Positions 50,995 through 64,000 of a stretch of DNA of 64,000 nt are shown here, piece by piece. How positions within the stretch are numbered: the stretch's first letter is position 1; each line of letters opens with the position of its first letter. The notes under the pieces are model-generated. The model saw nothing but the letters and a program-made list of their open reading frames with translations. It was not told the DNA's origin and searched no databases. The DNA is from Octopus sinensis (Eukaryota): NCBI RefSeq assembly GCF_006345805.1, contig NC_043004.1, forward strand, positions 60,016,001 to 60,080,000. Reading direction: 5' to 3'. Made by a program: the position numbers and the translations under genes.

Positions 50995-51339
50995 ACATGG
51001 GTAATGTCGTTGTATATTACTCTACCTAAAAGACGAATGTCGCTTAATACGATCGTGGTGGATTACGGGATAAGAAGAAAAAGAAAACACATACAAACAA
51101 ACACTAACATCACATCGATTGAATGGTATGTGGTATATAATTTCACTGTAATAGGTTTTGAGTACAGATCTATGTAAATTCAGGTATAATCTTAATGTTT
51201 GTGAAATATATACCAAACGGGAAGTAGCTCGTTTCCAAACATGGCATTGAAGTACATTTAGATAGTGAAAAATATTTTTCTATTTTATATTATTATTTAA
51301 TTTATTGTCTTTTTATTCTTTATGCAGCCTTCTCAAGCC

Positions 51340-51611
51340 TAGCTAGGATCATGGACCCAGTTTCCCGGTTTCTGTGGCGTATGTGTTCCCCGCAGCTGGA
51401 CGGGACGCCAGTCCATCTCAGCCTTACTCAAGAAACAGGAAGAGAGTGTGAGAGAATGTTGTGGAGAAAGAGTACAACAGGGGTCGCTGCCACCCCCTGC
51501 CGGAGCGTCGTGGAACGTTAGGTGTTTTCGCTCAATAAACACACACAACACTCGGTCTGGGAATCGATACCACGAGTCCGCTGCCCTGACCTCTAGGCCA
51601 TTGCGCCTCCT
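51340..51611 (-). mobile_element. SINE with family C head and Meta-domain-like tail
   Basis: Head and body as in 10425; tail GATGGACTGGCGTCCCGTCCAG...CAGAAACCGGGAAACTGGG. Confidence 0.82.
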
Positions 51612-52139
51612 CATATTATTATTTAACTATAACAAAATTAACACAAACACAATCCAAGAATTTGAGAGATATATCAGGCGACGAAATAGACCCCGATTAG
51701 TGCTAAGTTCAATATTTTACCACAACGGAAGAAACGAAAGTTAAGTCGACCTCGAATCGAAAGCATTAAACTCGCAGCGCAGAAGTAAGAACTATCGCTT
51801 GTAAAATAGGTATGATACTTGGAATCTAAGTGAAGGAATTTGTGGATCAATTTAACGTCACTATGAGTGTAGTATTGTAATTGAGTTCTGTGGGATTTGA
51901 TATCAATGCAACTCTATACAATCGTTCGATTCTCTATTGATACAATCAAGATACCACTGTAAATATATTTAATTACAATAACAATCAACGTCATTATCTC
52001 TTTCATGCATTTGGCAATCTCATCGCTATCACTAGAATTCCAATCATTTTAACAAAATACCCGGAATTAAAGAAAAATAGGAAACTTTTTTTCCGTTGAA
52101 ACTTTTTCTGTATTTTTCATTATAAAACATCATCTTCAT

Positions 52140-52157
52140 TATAAATCATCATCATAG

Positions 52158-52191
<34 letters not shown>

Positions 52192-52430
52192 TATTATAAT
52201 CATCATCAATGTCATCATCATCATAATTATCATCATCATCATCATCAATATCATCATCATCATAATATCATCATCATCATCATAATTGTCATCATAACCA
52301 TTAACATTATCGACAACAACAACAACAACAACAATAATAATAATAATGATTGTATTATCCTCACCTACATCATCATCGTCATCAACATCTGTATTACCGT
52401 CGTCGTCGTTGTTATTATTATTATTGTTCT
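52140..52430. repeat. (CAT)n/(CAA)n/(AAT)n trinucleotide array
   Basis: Seen directly. Confidence 0.92.
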
Positions 52431-54329
52431 GTTTTTGTTAATCTAGCAATTTTATTATATTTTACGTTTAATTTATTTTAATTTCCATTTTATTTCAGTA
52501 ATTGCTACAGTCCCTCTCCCCACCACCCTCTCTCTTTCTCTATTTCTATCTTTCCCAACCTTTCCAGGAAAGAATTTCCTATTGAAGCATGATTGAAAAC
52601 GTTTCCATGTTTATTGTGAAAACATCTGTAATAGAATACTTTGGAATGTTTTGTGTACCATTTTTTTCTTTCGAATAATTCCATCTAATTTCCTGCTGAG
52701 TATTACTCACAAGGTTCTTGTGAATATCGCTGCTGTTGTTGTGGTAGCTGTTGCTGTTGTTGTTGTTGCTGTTTTAGAAATCGTTGATTTGTGTTTTATG
52801 TTATTATATGCATATTCTTGTTGTCTCTACCGAAATATATATATTTTTTATTGCTTTCGTTTCTCTTGTTAAATATTTCTTGTATATTTTGATAAAATTT
52901 TTATAGTTTATATTAATACATTTTTGTTATTATTTTCTTTTGTAATACATTTGCTGTTTATGTTATTATGCTATTGCCGTTCCGTCTATAAATTTTGTTG
53001 TTTATGTTGATATGTGTATGTTAGCTTGTTATATTGTTGTTGCCTTTGTTGATAATATTGTCTTTGTTGATAATATTATACTATATCGTTATATGCTGTG
53101 TATAATCAATCTAAGAGTTAGGGTTACAGCTAGTTCTGCTGCCATGGTTTATATTTGTTTATAGTTATATTAGTATAGATTTTTCTTACATATATTGTAT
53201 TTTTATTATTTCAGTTGAAAATAGTTTTATAGATTACATTATTATATTTATATCTTTAGTTTTTGTCGTATATTCTGTCGTTTATTTTATATAATTTTTT
53301 CATCCTAATAATGTTTTTGTTGATGATGCCAAATTTTGTTTTGTTTTGTCATTGATGTTGGTATTTTTTTCTTTGCTTCATTGTGGTTGGAAAAATATTT
53401 TTATGTTGTCATTGATTTTATCGCTGGTTGTAATGTTAATAACGCTGATAAAGTTCGTTTTGTCATAGCTAAGGTTAACGATAATATTGTTATATATTTG
53501 ATGCTACCACAATAGGTACCTTCAACTAAAGCTAATGAATGATGACATCATTGCAGCAGACATTTAAATTGATAATATTATATTGATGAAGAAATGTAGG
53601 CGGGGTGATGTCTTTCTTTTTCTCATTACTGTCTCAGTCAGAGAAGTAAAAGTAGTGTCCATGATATTTTTTCAAAGTTTTCATGTAGGCAAGAGAGAAA
53701 GGGATGAATGAATCCTTTGATCAAAAACTCTGCCTTTTCTTCTTCCAACAGAGTGAACTGAATGAAAGCACAGAGTATGGAAGCAGTGAAAATTAAAATC
53801 AACACCCAAGAACAGAAAATGCCTCCTGTTAGCATATGCTTGTAAGAGCGTGCGTATGAGTGACTTTCCATTTCTACATAGTCACTAATTAATTCATCTG
53901 TTTTATGTAGCCATTATATTAGGACTAAGACAGTCATATTCAATTTCATGGTGGTGATATTATAGGTTTTTCTAGATATATCAACTGAACTCTTTAGAGA
54001 CAAAGTGGCAACTACAACGACAGCCATAACAACAACGATAATAATAAATCCTTCTTCTGTAGGAACAAGGCTTGAAATTTTATGATGAGGAATGAGTCGA
54101 TTACATCAAACCAAGTACTCACCTGTTCATCGAAATATGTACTCCAGCCGGAAATAATGAAGTGTAAAGTCGACCTCAACGGAATATGAACAAGAGCAAC
54201 AATCAGGATCAAGCACTAAGCACAAACCTGTAAAGGGATATGAATAAACAAGATGAAAGAAATAAGTGGACGTTATGCGGGAGGAAGGATAAACGTGTGA
54301 CATTCTTCATCAGTACCGGAGGGAAGGAA

Positions 54330-54815
54330 AAATAGGATACACTATAAAGTTTGTTTAGACCGCCACTGTTCATTATGCAAGAAATATTGCTTTCCAACCA
54401 CTAGGAACTGGTAACCGTTCATACCAAACCAAGGCCCTAGAAAATCAGACTGCAAATATCTTCTGGGATTTCACAATTCAGGCTGATAGAGTTCTTGTTC
54501 ATGCTAGATAAGGCATAACTTTAGGGAAAGAAGGTACTCTAAGAAGGTGTGTATTAGTCAACACTTGCCCAAGAGATCATTACATCAATAACAATGAAAA
54601 CAAGAATTTCATAAAATATGCGGACTTGAGAAGAGATTCAACTGAATGTGGAAGATGGATGTTATAGTGGTAGCAACTGTGACTGCAGCAATTGGGTTGG
54701 AGGTGAATATCAATTAGAAACACCTCGACGTAGTTAGAATCTGTCCCAGAATTACGATATTGTAAAAGACAACACTTTTGAGAGCAGCAAATGTCCTGAA
54801 GTACCTAATGTTTAT
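54330..54815 (+). mobile_element. Old R4/Dong-type RLE 3' fragment
   Basis: Reads ENQTANIFWDFTIQADRVL..KYADLRR..MWKMDV..KTTLLRAANVLK, homologous to the C-terminus at 27756-28200. Confidence 0.72.
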
Positions 54816-55462
54816 CTAAAGTTACATAACGTAAGTAAAACGATCTAATGTTAAAAATCATCGCTGCGCAAATGAAAGAATATAATATGGTAATGCAATT
54901 TGAAATATGAAAATAATATAAAATATAATAATAATTATAATAGTAAACTCACAGCAATCATAAGAATGGCGATGATGATGATAACAACAACAACAACAAC
55001 AACAACAACTAAAGGAGCCACACTATTAATAAGCTCTTTACATGGCGCACCTAATCATTTGATTCATGACATCAAATATCATTCCTCGTTATATCTCATT
55101 TGATCTGTTTATGAATTAATTATAACCCTTATTCTTTATTTTACTATTTTGCAACAAGCTTTGTAGTAATCTTTTAGTTGTTGATGTTGTTTTAAACCGG
55201 TTCAGAGTTGTTTTAGTCGTACCTTTACTATTCATTTGTCGGTACCTAAGATATCTGATATATAATAAGCCCTGCCATCATTTTGCGACATCAGTATTGA
55301 CTCATGTAATGTCTTCGGCAGAATGTTTTGGTGGTGAATTGTAAGAAGATAGAAGGTTACTAACTTCATTTAACGTTTCTCTTATCGTAATTTGCGAACC
55401 ATATTCATTCAGATATTAAGACCTTCTCGGCTTATGGACAGATATACGTACACAGATATATA

Positions 55463-55690
55463 GGCGGCGAGCTGGCAGAATCGTTAGCTCGCCAGCCGGA
55501 ATGCTTAGCGGTATTTCGGCTGCTGTTACGTTCTGAGTTCAAATTCTGCCGAGGTCGACTTTGCCTTTCATCCTTTCGGAGTCGATAAATTAAGTACCAA
55601 TCACACACTGGGGTCGATATAATCGACTTAATCCGTTTGTCTGTCCTTGTTTGTCCCCTCTGTGTTTAGCCCCTTGTGGGTAGTAAAGAA
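55463..55690 (+). mobile_element. Well-preserved SINE family A
   Basis: GGCGGCGAGCTGGCAGAATCGTTAGC (A box) ... GAGTTCAAATTC (B box) ... Confidence 0.9.
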
Positions 55691-55737
55691 ACAGATATAT
55701 TTGTGAGTAAGTATGCATCAACAATCAATGTGTGTGT

Positions 55738-55775
<38 letters not shown>

Positions 55776-56656
55776 GAGAATTATCAGGACAGTTATAGGC
55801 TACTGAATTTCATTTCAATGACTTCCACCGATCCGAAATTATCGATAGAAACGCTTGCCTAAAATGCTTTGATGTGAGATTGATGTGAGATCGTCAATAT
55901 TAACAAATTACAAAATTTGCGGAAGGCTTAAATTCACCAGCATCTCGTTTTCCTTTCTTTCATTAATCCTAATTACTATAGATCTAATAATAAAATAATT
56001 AGTGTCCATAACCATTGATATTTTAATACAATTAAGAATGTAGTGACACTGAAATTTAATAGATATATGTTATCACTACTGAAGTATATCGTTCTCCTTT
56101 CGAGTGCCTACGCTTATTTCTTACCTCGTTTCGCATTGTTTTCACGTCCTTTCATGTCCAGCATAGATTTCCTATTCATCTTAGAATACGGATCTCTGTC
56201 TGTTCCCTCCTCTTACGTTATACGATATTTTTCCATGTGTGACTGCTTTCTAGTAACTTAAATAATCATGTTGATTTTACTACATGACATGCCGTTACCA
56301 TCGAAGTTATTATAGATTACATGGGTCAAGGACCGAAGATTCCTATATCTATCAAAATAAATGCGTTATCAATACTGCTATAGTTGTGCAGTATTAACAT
56401 ATTCAATGCAGGAAACCAAGTCCAATCAATAGTCTAGCAGAGGAAGACAAGATTTATTTTCATCGAAGATAATTTATGTTTTAAATGATGCTATCTTAAA
56501 ATTAAATGACAAAATGTACATTCTACTTGCAGGAAGTTCAAATATCTTGCATTCAATATTTTCAAATGAATTTATGTTTTTAAATCATGCACATCTTATC
56601 AAAAATAGAATATCTTTCCCTACGTTTCACATAACGAACTTCATTACGTCATTGTA

Positions 56657-57222
56657 TTGGGCTGTCTGGAAAGTTCGTGCCGATATTTAAAGGAAAGAAA
56701 AAGGTCGATAAATATTTGCCACTACATTTTTAATCAACCAAATATGAACCATTTTTTTGCACAATGCGTCTCCATTTTTCCTTTCACTTGAAAATACCAT
56801 CTTCCTAGAATTCAGATGGTTTCGTGGCAAAGAATTCATCAAGGTATCTTTTTACGTCATCCAAGGAATTGAAATTTTTACCAATAACACTATTCTACAG
56901 AGACCTGAATAAGTGGAAATCCGAAGGAGCAATATCTGGTGAATATGGAGGGTGGAGTAACACATACCAGCCGAGCTACAGCAATTTTTGTCTGGTTCCC
57001 AAAGCATCAAGTGCCGAAAATGAACTTTCTTATCTCCCATTTTAAAGGGTTACAGAATTAACACATGTTATAGGAACATAAAACTTCTTCCACGAAAAGA
57101 TAGCTTAAACTGTGCTCTAAATAGAGGTCGTGTCAAATCCTATTTTATGGACACATCCTTGTTCTAAAATAAATCGAAAGGTAAGCTACTATAAATCGGT
57201 ACGAAATTTCCGGACAACCTAA
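56657..57222 (-). mobile_element. Internally deleted mariner (DD34D) with both TIRs and TA flanks
   Basis: TIRs TTGGGCTGTCTGGAAAGTTCGTGCCGAT / ATCGGTACGAAATTTCCGGACAACCTAA; minus strand reads HPPYSPDIAPSDFHLFRSL..KNFNSLDDVKRYLDEFF. Confidence 0.92.
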
Positions 57223-59399
57223 TACTATCGCTAAGTATTATATTACATTTCATTTTCACAAATCTCAGGCTTGCATATTAAACAGTCCATTTCAGCTCGA
57301 GAGCTGTCAAGTTGACGAACGTCCACTGCTTTCTTTTCTGTGCGTTAGATAGACAAGACTCTCCTTAAAATCCTTGCTGTACCAAGTAGATCTGTCTACA
57401 TAGTTATTTCAACTGTTCGATATGTATCTCGATGGTCCGATCACATCGGGAATCGCTAAAACTTCCTTCATCCTCGGCAACTTTCACACATCCTTCTTCA
57501 GTTGCTCCCTCTTACTTTTCCATCTTTTCATGATTTTTGCCTTTGACTTTACGTCTCAATTATTATTGGACAATTACATTCCTCTTCTGTAGAGCTCTCT
57601 GTGACTCCTGCAACTTTCACTTGAAAAGGAAACTGAGGGTGGAGAAGGAAGTAGTGTCCTCATGTAATATTATACTGCATGACTATGACGATATTGTGAA
57701 TTTGCAATTGAGCCCGAAAGAAAATTGGTCAGCGGTCCGTGTAGAAGTAGAAATGCTGCTGATTATAGAAAACTTCCATAAGATCCTTGATCTAATTTAC
57801 ATAGAAAGCGCGGAGGGCAGAAAAGCTAAGTGTACTCCTGTGGAAGTACAACCCATTAAAAAGCTGTCTGTCCTGATTTTAATGAAAAGCAACCACCCTG
57901 GTTGACAAATCCAGGACCACATGCCGTTCAACCCATAGAGTAGGTCCGGATCCCTGCACCCAAACTACGGCAGCAGAAAATGTGTCCACTACTACTTCCA
58001 GGTCCTTTCTTTCAATATTGTACTTCCTTTTCAGCGCCCTGTATTTTTGATAGCTTCTAAAACATTATATCTTAAAAACAACATGGCAGGCTGTTGTTTA
58101 TTTTGAACATAGAAATTATTTTACATGCATACACAAAGTGGACACTAAAAATATGAAACCAATATCACTTACGGGAGTTCTTAAATAAACTTCTGAATCT
58201 GGCAAAGGATGAAGAAAACGCAACACCAGCTGTAACGCATACACTTCTTAACAGGTCTCATGATTATAATTGATGACTGATAGAATATTGCCCATGCAAA
58301 AAAACTATTTCAAAGAAATACCTGATGCATGTTAACGAGCTAGTACGTTCTCAATTTCTTGAATTTTTGCCCCATATTAAAAGCTCCAGAGCATGTAAAA
58401 CTGTTGGTGCAATGTTATAGAAAACAATTGCATTAAACATATGATGCTATCAATAGTGAACTTTGGTAATGCACTTGTTTATACCCTCCAGTTAAACGTT
58501 AATAGCGCGCTTGAGTAAAGCTTCCGTCAGAGTCATTCCAGTAAATTCTTAAGAGACAAAGTATCTAAATTAATATTATCTTCCTCCTTCTTTCTTTCTT
58601 AAAACGAACGCGTTTGATTGGAAAGATGATTTCCTTACTAATTATACCACTTCCAAGTATTTTGAGCTACGTAACAAGAATATGATATTCATTGGTTGGA
58701 GCAAAAGTATCACCACTAGTAGTATTAGAAGCGGCAGTAGCAGCACCAGCAGTTTTAGCAGCAGCACCAGCAGAAGCAGTGGCAGCAGCAGCAACAAAAC
58801 TAGATTATATTACTTGGCTGATTTACTAGAAATAGCAATCAATTCCCTGTCGATTCCCAACCAATCATTTCAAATACAACAGAGGTTCCTGTTTTTAGTA
58901 GATACACCTCTAAAATGCAGGATGCCCCTGGCTAGAACTGCTCCATCGAGGTACACATCCACTTAAATAACTTTGATACTATCGATAGTCATTTGATAAC
59001 ATTTGCGCTGACACATGAGAAATTTTACATCGACATTTTCGTAAAAAAGAAGTCCACACGGTTCTAATCATCGATAAACCGACACTTTGCATTCCATTGT
59101 ATGTGAAACAATTTTGCTAGCTGCATATGGCACCAAATATTCTTAGAAAGACTAGTATTGGCGCACAAAAAGAATTTTGGATTTACAATAAACAATAATA
59201 TCAAAGACATTTGGTTACATTAATCATTTGAATCACAGATTTCTCATTTTATTGGGGAATGGTAAATCAGTTACTGACGCGCATAGCTATAGGTTTTATT
59301 GAATTTGGCAAAACTTTATATACAAATATATATTTCTGTGTATGTTAGTATAATGCATTACGAAGCAAACGTATATATATATATATATATACTATTTTG

Positions 59400-59539
59400 C
59401 TCTTTTACTTGTGTCAGTCATTTGACTGCGGCCATGCCGGAGCAACGCCTTTAGTCGAGCAAATCTACCCCAGGACTTATTCTTTGGAAGCCTAGTATTT
59501 ATTCTATCGGTCTCTTTTACCTAACACAGACACACAAAC

Positions 59540-59572
<33 letters not shown>

Positions 59573-59737
59573 TACGACAAGCTTCTTTCAGTTTCCGTCT
59601 TCCAAATCCACTCACAAGGCTTCGGTCGGCCCGAGGCTATAGTAGAAGACACTTGCCCAAGTTGCCACGCAGTGGGACTGAACCCGGAACCATGTGGTTG
59701 GTAAGCATACTACTTACCACACACCAACTCCTGCGTC
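59400..59737 (-). mobile_element. SINE family B with an internal deletion
   Basis: Matches 19278-19691 but lacks roughly 70 bp between CGGTCTCTTTT and AACACAGAC. Confidence 0.9.
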
Positions 59738-59779
59738 TCTCTCTCTCTCTATCTCTCTCTCTCTCTGTATATATATATA

Positions 59780-59857
<78 letters not shown>

Positions 59858-60061
59858 CCCCCATTACTTCTCTTCGTGATAAGAGATGCACATATTGTCA
59901 GCCACTAAGGGAGATACTTAACTGGTTAAGGTCAAACAACTGAAAAGCACATCTGTGGTATGGAGTAGCATATTTGCTGCAGACATGTTTTATGCCAAGA
60001 CAAATCATGTACAGTTAAGATCAGAAACCATCAGCGCCAGGGCCTGGTATTGCTTCAGGGC
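59858..60061 (+). mobile_element. Short copy of the (ATT)n-tailed retroposon, flanked by (ATT)n
   Basis: Reverse-complement match to 43524-43750. Confidence 0.72.
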
Positions 60062-60918
60062 ATTTATTATTATTATTATTGTTGTTGTTGTTTTCGTTGT
60101 TTTTGTTGTTGTCGTCGTCCTTGTTTTTGCTGTTGATTTTATTATTAGCCTCATTAATGTACCACTGTTTTTAATAATTGTATCTCAGATGACAAAGCTG
60201 CATTTCTTGCCGTTATTTTCCTACTGCACCCACGGTTAATATATCTCGATACTGCCATGTCGTCAAACTCTAAAAAGTAGCTGGCTTTTAAGTGTAATTG
60301 GTCTACAATATTCAACACCAACAGTTTGCTTCTTAAACTGTTGTTTGGTAATCAATAATTTTCCTACCAGTTTAAGGTCTGCAATGTATAATCGATGAAC
60401 AACAGGACTGCTGTCTATAATGTAATGATTTTTTCGCTTTTTATTTTAGTTTCTTTTTTTTCAAAGGCTGCTAGTTTTGCGAATTATTACGCGTGATTAT
60501 TGTAGCTTTGGAATCCAATACATCAGAATATACCACTGCTGTTACAGCAAATGTGTTAATGTGTTCTATAATATAGTTTATTGTACAATTCAGACTTTGG
60601 AACTGCTCACATCTTTGAAACCAATCATACTGTAATTGCTTTCTCATATGTTATAACCAAACGGGTTTTCTGTTATCTTTGACAAGTTACACTATATCAC
60701 AAAATGTTGTCAAAGTTTTGTTTATCTTAACCTTTTTAGTGCTTATTATGCAAATTTGTACTCTCTACCATCGACCATTGCTAAATTTTATGATTAGAGG
60801 AAGGAGGAACTGCTCAAACGTACCTAAAATTTGGGTCAGCTAAAGTAAATTGTGGATTTTAGTTTAATGTAAACCTCTAATGGATTATGAGTGATAAGGT
60901 ACTCCTCTTTCCATGGTA

Positions 60919-63158
60919 CACTGCAGGTACACCAATTTCATTTTAGTATCATAAATTTGATGGACTTCTTTCTGGTGTAGTAGGACTGTCCCTTAAGGTG
61001 TATATTGATCTGATATTAGTAATTTTCTCTTTTCTCTTTAAGCTATGTATTGCGAACATTATTCTAAATTCTCTTCACCATGGTTACTAGAGGATGCAAA
61101 AATTCATCAGATTATTTATGATGTGATACTATGTTGGAACAAAGCATTTTATCACATAAAGTTGTGAAAGATGCCAAATACTGGAACGGTTACAGACTTT
61201 GATTTGGATGACCAAACTAAGCCTTGGGCCCCCGTGTAATATGTGAAGCTGGCAGTCTAATTTAGAAGGATAGTTGAGAGGTTACAAAATGGATATGTCC
61301 TTTTCTATTTGAAAAGTATGGTGAGTGCCAAATCTTGATAGTTGCTATTCTGGCATGGTTGATGCAGCAGTTCAGGAAAGTTAAAGGAAGACAAATACTT
61401 TAGCATCCCAGAACATCTTCCTCTATTGCACCCGTTCCAGAAGATGACAAGTTAGTAGTACCACAACTACCAGGAAATATAAAATAATCCCATTGCAATG
61501 TTTAAATTGAATTTAAATTTCATTTGCTAAAAAAGTAATCAAAAACTAATGGATAAAAAACATTTATCTCACTTTTCTTTTAATGTCTTGTTTACGGATA
61601 AATCTCGTACTATGGATTAAGCTATTATATGCAATTATTTTATCTTGTCATGTAGAAGATGCTATGGCGGTGTCATCAGGGTAATTCGAAGGTAGCCACA
61701 TGCAAAAAGTGGATGAAGTGACCGAGCCAAGAATGACTGCCAGCCCAGGCTTCCAAAGTCAATATGAACTGGATGATCTCACCAGTCTCGTAAGCCTCAC
61801 AAAGTCAGAGAGCTGAACTATTAGCATCCAGGCTGAAGGAATTGAATTTATTGGAGGAGAACCACAAATCATCATTGTACGTGAAACGGCTTGGGAAATT
61901 CGAAGGATGCTTTGATATTCGTGAAGATGTCTGTTTCTGCAACTATGTAAATGGCTTGTTTGCAGCTATTGGAATAGAGCATGATCTAGATGATCGGTGA
62001 GTTTTTATTGAGAGCTCAGCCAGAAGCTTCAAAGTAGTATACCTCACTGCCTAACGCATACTCGGTACAGATGGAGGAAGAATATGAAAATGTCAAAACT
62101 TTCTTCAGATACAAAATTATACGTACTACATGTGGGGTGTTTTGGGTCCTTTTGAGATACTTACTTTCTTGCTTGCGTTGCAGGGTGCATATACAAAAGA
62201 AATTCGTGCTATCTTTGGCTATGGGGCAGTGGAGGTGTTTATGAAAGTTAATGGAAGGTTGAGTGCCCTCAACGAAATGACATGCAGCTGGGAAAGCAGA
62301 ATATTATAAGAGAACATCTTGTAGAACCTGCCAAAATATTTGTTACCTTCACTTCACATAAAAATGTTAGCCCTTAGGTCATGATGGAGAAGGCTTTCAA
62401 AACATTCATTCACTCTTTCCGAATCAATCTCAGGCAAAATTTAAGGGTAGCATTTTTACTGTACTCCAAATAAGGATAATGTTGTGTTAAGAAAACCTTT
62501 AAAAGGCTATCAGTGATGTCGGCAAAAATGTATGGTGTGCACATCGTGGCATTGTTCATGGTTTCGGAGCATGAAATGTTGCATGCAAGAAGAGAAGGTT
62601 TCATCCCGAATATTTTTCATTACGGACATTTGAATTTTGGGAGAGGGATCTTCCAATTCTACGAGATAGATGGAAGATCATATTAGAAAATGAAATAGAG
62701 TATATTTTAGATTAAAAAGAGGATTTTGTTCATCTTAATTTTGAAAAATAAAGGAAATATAAAAACGCACTATTTATGTGATGACCCAATATATATATGT
62801 ATATATATATATGTACCTGTATTTGATTTGTTACCCTTCACCGTTTGTGAATCTGTATTGGTGTCTTTACTTCCATGTACTTTCTTTGCTAGGTTCTTTT
62901 GTGGTTCGGCAAAGGGGACCGAAAGTGCTAGAGTTAATATTAAAAAGCCTAGAAAGCGGTGTCCCAACACATATATGTCACTTGCTGTAAGATAAAATAC
63001 GAATACATCGTACTTTTGTAAATTTTCCTTCCTGTAGAATCTGAAAATATCTGTTCTTTTGTTTTTTACCTTCAACATTTCTATATTAATAAAATGAAGC
63101 GAACATGTTAAAATTATAAGTAAATTTATTACTAATACTCAATAGATGTTCTGGCAGC
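60919..63158 (+). mobile_element. Decayed CMC/Chapaev3-like DNA transposon (right boundary approximate)
   Basis: DQxKPWAP-like motif, SSIAPVP, RAELLASRLKELNLL, CFCNYVNGLF..IGIEHD, FIESSARSFK, LQGAYTK, LPSLHIK and an ERFH-like motif; starts TA-CACTG. Confidence 0.72.
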
Positions 63159-63478
63159 AAACTACATGTTGTATGCGACTGAATGTAAAATTTGGATAGA
63201 AAATACGAATTTCAGCGTCAGAAAAACTTCTTTTAATTTAATTAGAAAATAATGTATAGAGTAAATTAAAAATGTAGGTGTATCAACTCACCTAAACATT
63301 GCTACTGATATAGTTATTCTGCCACAAATGATATCATATGGTTTCCGACGATAGATACTGATTATGTGGCCTGAATTAATTCAAAAAATAAAATAACAAA
63401 ACAAAAAAAAAGAATACTAAGATAGCAAAATCTCTATAGTAACATGGAAAATGCGGTGCAGTATTTATTCTACTTCTG

Positions 63479-63790
63479 GGCGGCGAACTGCCAGAAACGT
63501 TAACGCATCGGGTGAAAGGCTTAGCGCTACTTTGTCTGCCGCTACGTTCTGAGTTCAAATTCCGTCGAGGTTGACTTCGCTTTTCATCCTTTCGGGGCCG
63601 ATAAATTAAGTATCAGTTGCGTACTGGGGTCGATCTTATCGATTGTCCCCCTCCCTAAAAATGTCAGGCCTTGCGTCTAAAGTGGAAAAGAATATTTGTT
63701 CCATTTCTTTCCGTTCTGAGTTCAGGTGACGCCAAGATCGACTCAGCCTTTCATATTGTTCGATGATAAAATAAAGAACCAGTCAACATC
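63479..63790 (+). mobile_element. SINE family A plus an adjacent partial copy
   Basis: Head GGCGGCGAACTGCCAGAAACGTTAAC; the GTTCTGAGTTCA module repeats at ~63713. Confidence 0.85.
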
Positions 63791-64000
63791 TCAAGTTGTT
63801 GCATCGACTGAAACTTCTATTCAGAAATGCAGATTTCGTACCTCAATTAGAATAATCTACTCTTTGCAGAGATATTTATGCGATTTTTTCTTTAATATAT
63901 CCTGCACAGTATTTGATATAGCTGAAACCTGACCACGTATTCCTACCAGAATTAACATTCATACACCATCATTAATATGTTGGGTTTTAAATAGATTAAC

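Noticed and set aside
52640-53560. T/G-rich 900-bp tract
   Set aside because: Decayed (GTT/ATT) low-complexity sequence.
57537-57905. 122-aa ORF with vague RT-like words
   Set aside because: No ordered motif set on either strand; cannot be classified.
656-59943. Dozens of poly-I/Y/H/T/L/S/E/N ORFs in the track
   Set aside because: They are translations of di-, tri- and tetranucleotide microsatellites.

Overview
AT-rich, microsatellite-saturated eukaryotic DNA, mostly intronic or intergenic. The SINE, LINE and microsatellite make-up suggests a cephalopod (Octopus-like) genome; this is inference, not a database result. No intact host gene is evident; at best there are two or three candidate minus-strand exons near 2-9 kb. 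The window is dominated by transposable elements. Two near-full-length non-LTR retrotransposons lie in tandem on the minus strand: an R4/Dong-type element inside (TAA)n, and a CR1-type element whose ORF1 carries CCCH zinc fingers. There are also RTE and Dong fragments, a MULE, several Tc1/mariner relics, a Chapaev3-like relic, two Helitron pieces, at least four tRNA-derived SINE families that appear to swap head and tail modules, several fold-back elements, and a near-identical 1.65-kb tandem duplication. The most unusual item is a ~265-bp element (39248-39513) that joins a tRNA-like Pol III head to a Penelope-type minimal hammerhead ribozyme and has an inverted duplication of its 5' end. Two further decayed minimal hammerhead motifs lie at ~11.4 kb and ~26.8 kb. 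Most ORFs in the supplied track are microsatellite or antisense artefacts. All family assignments were made by motif recognition by eye; no searches were run.
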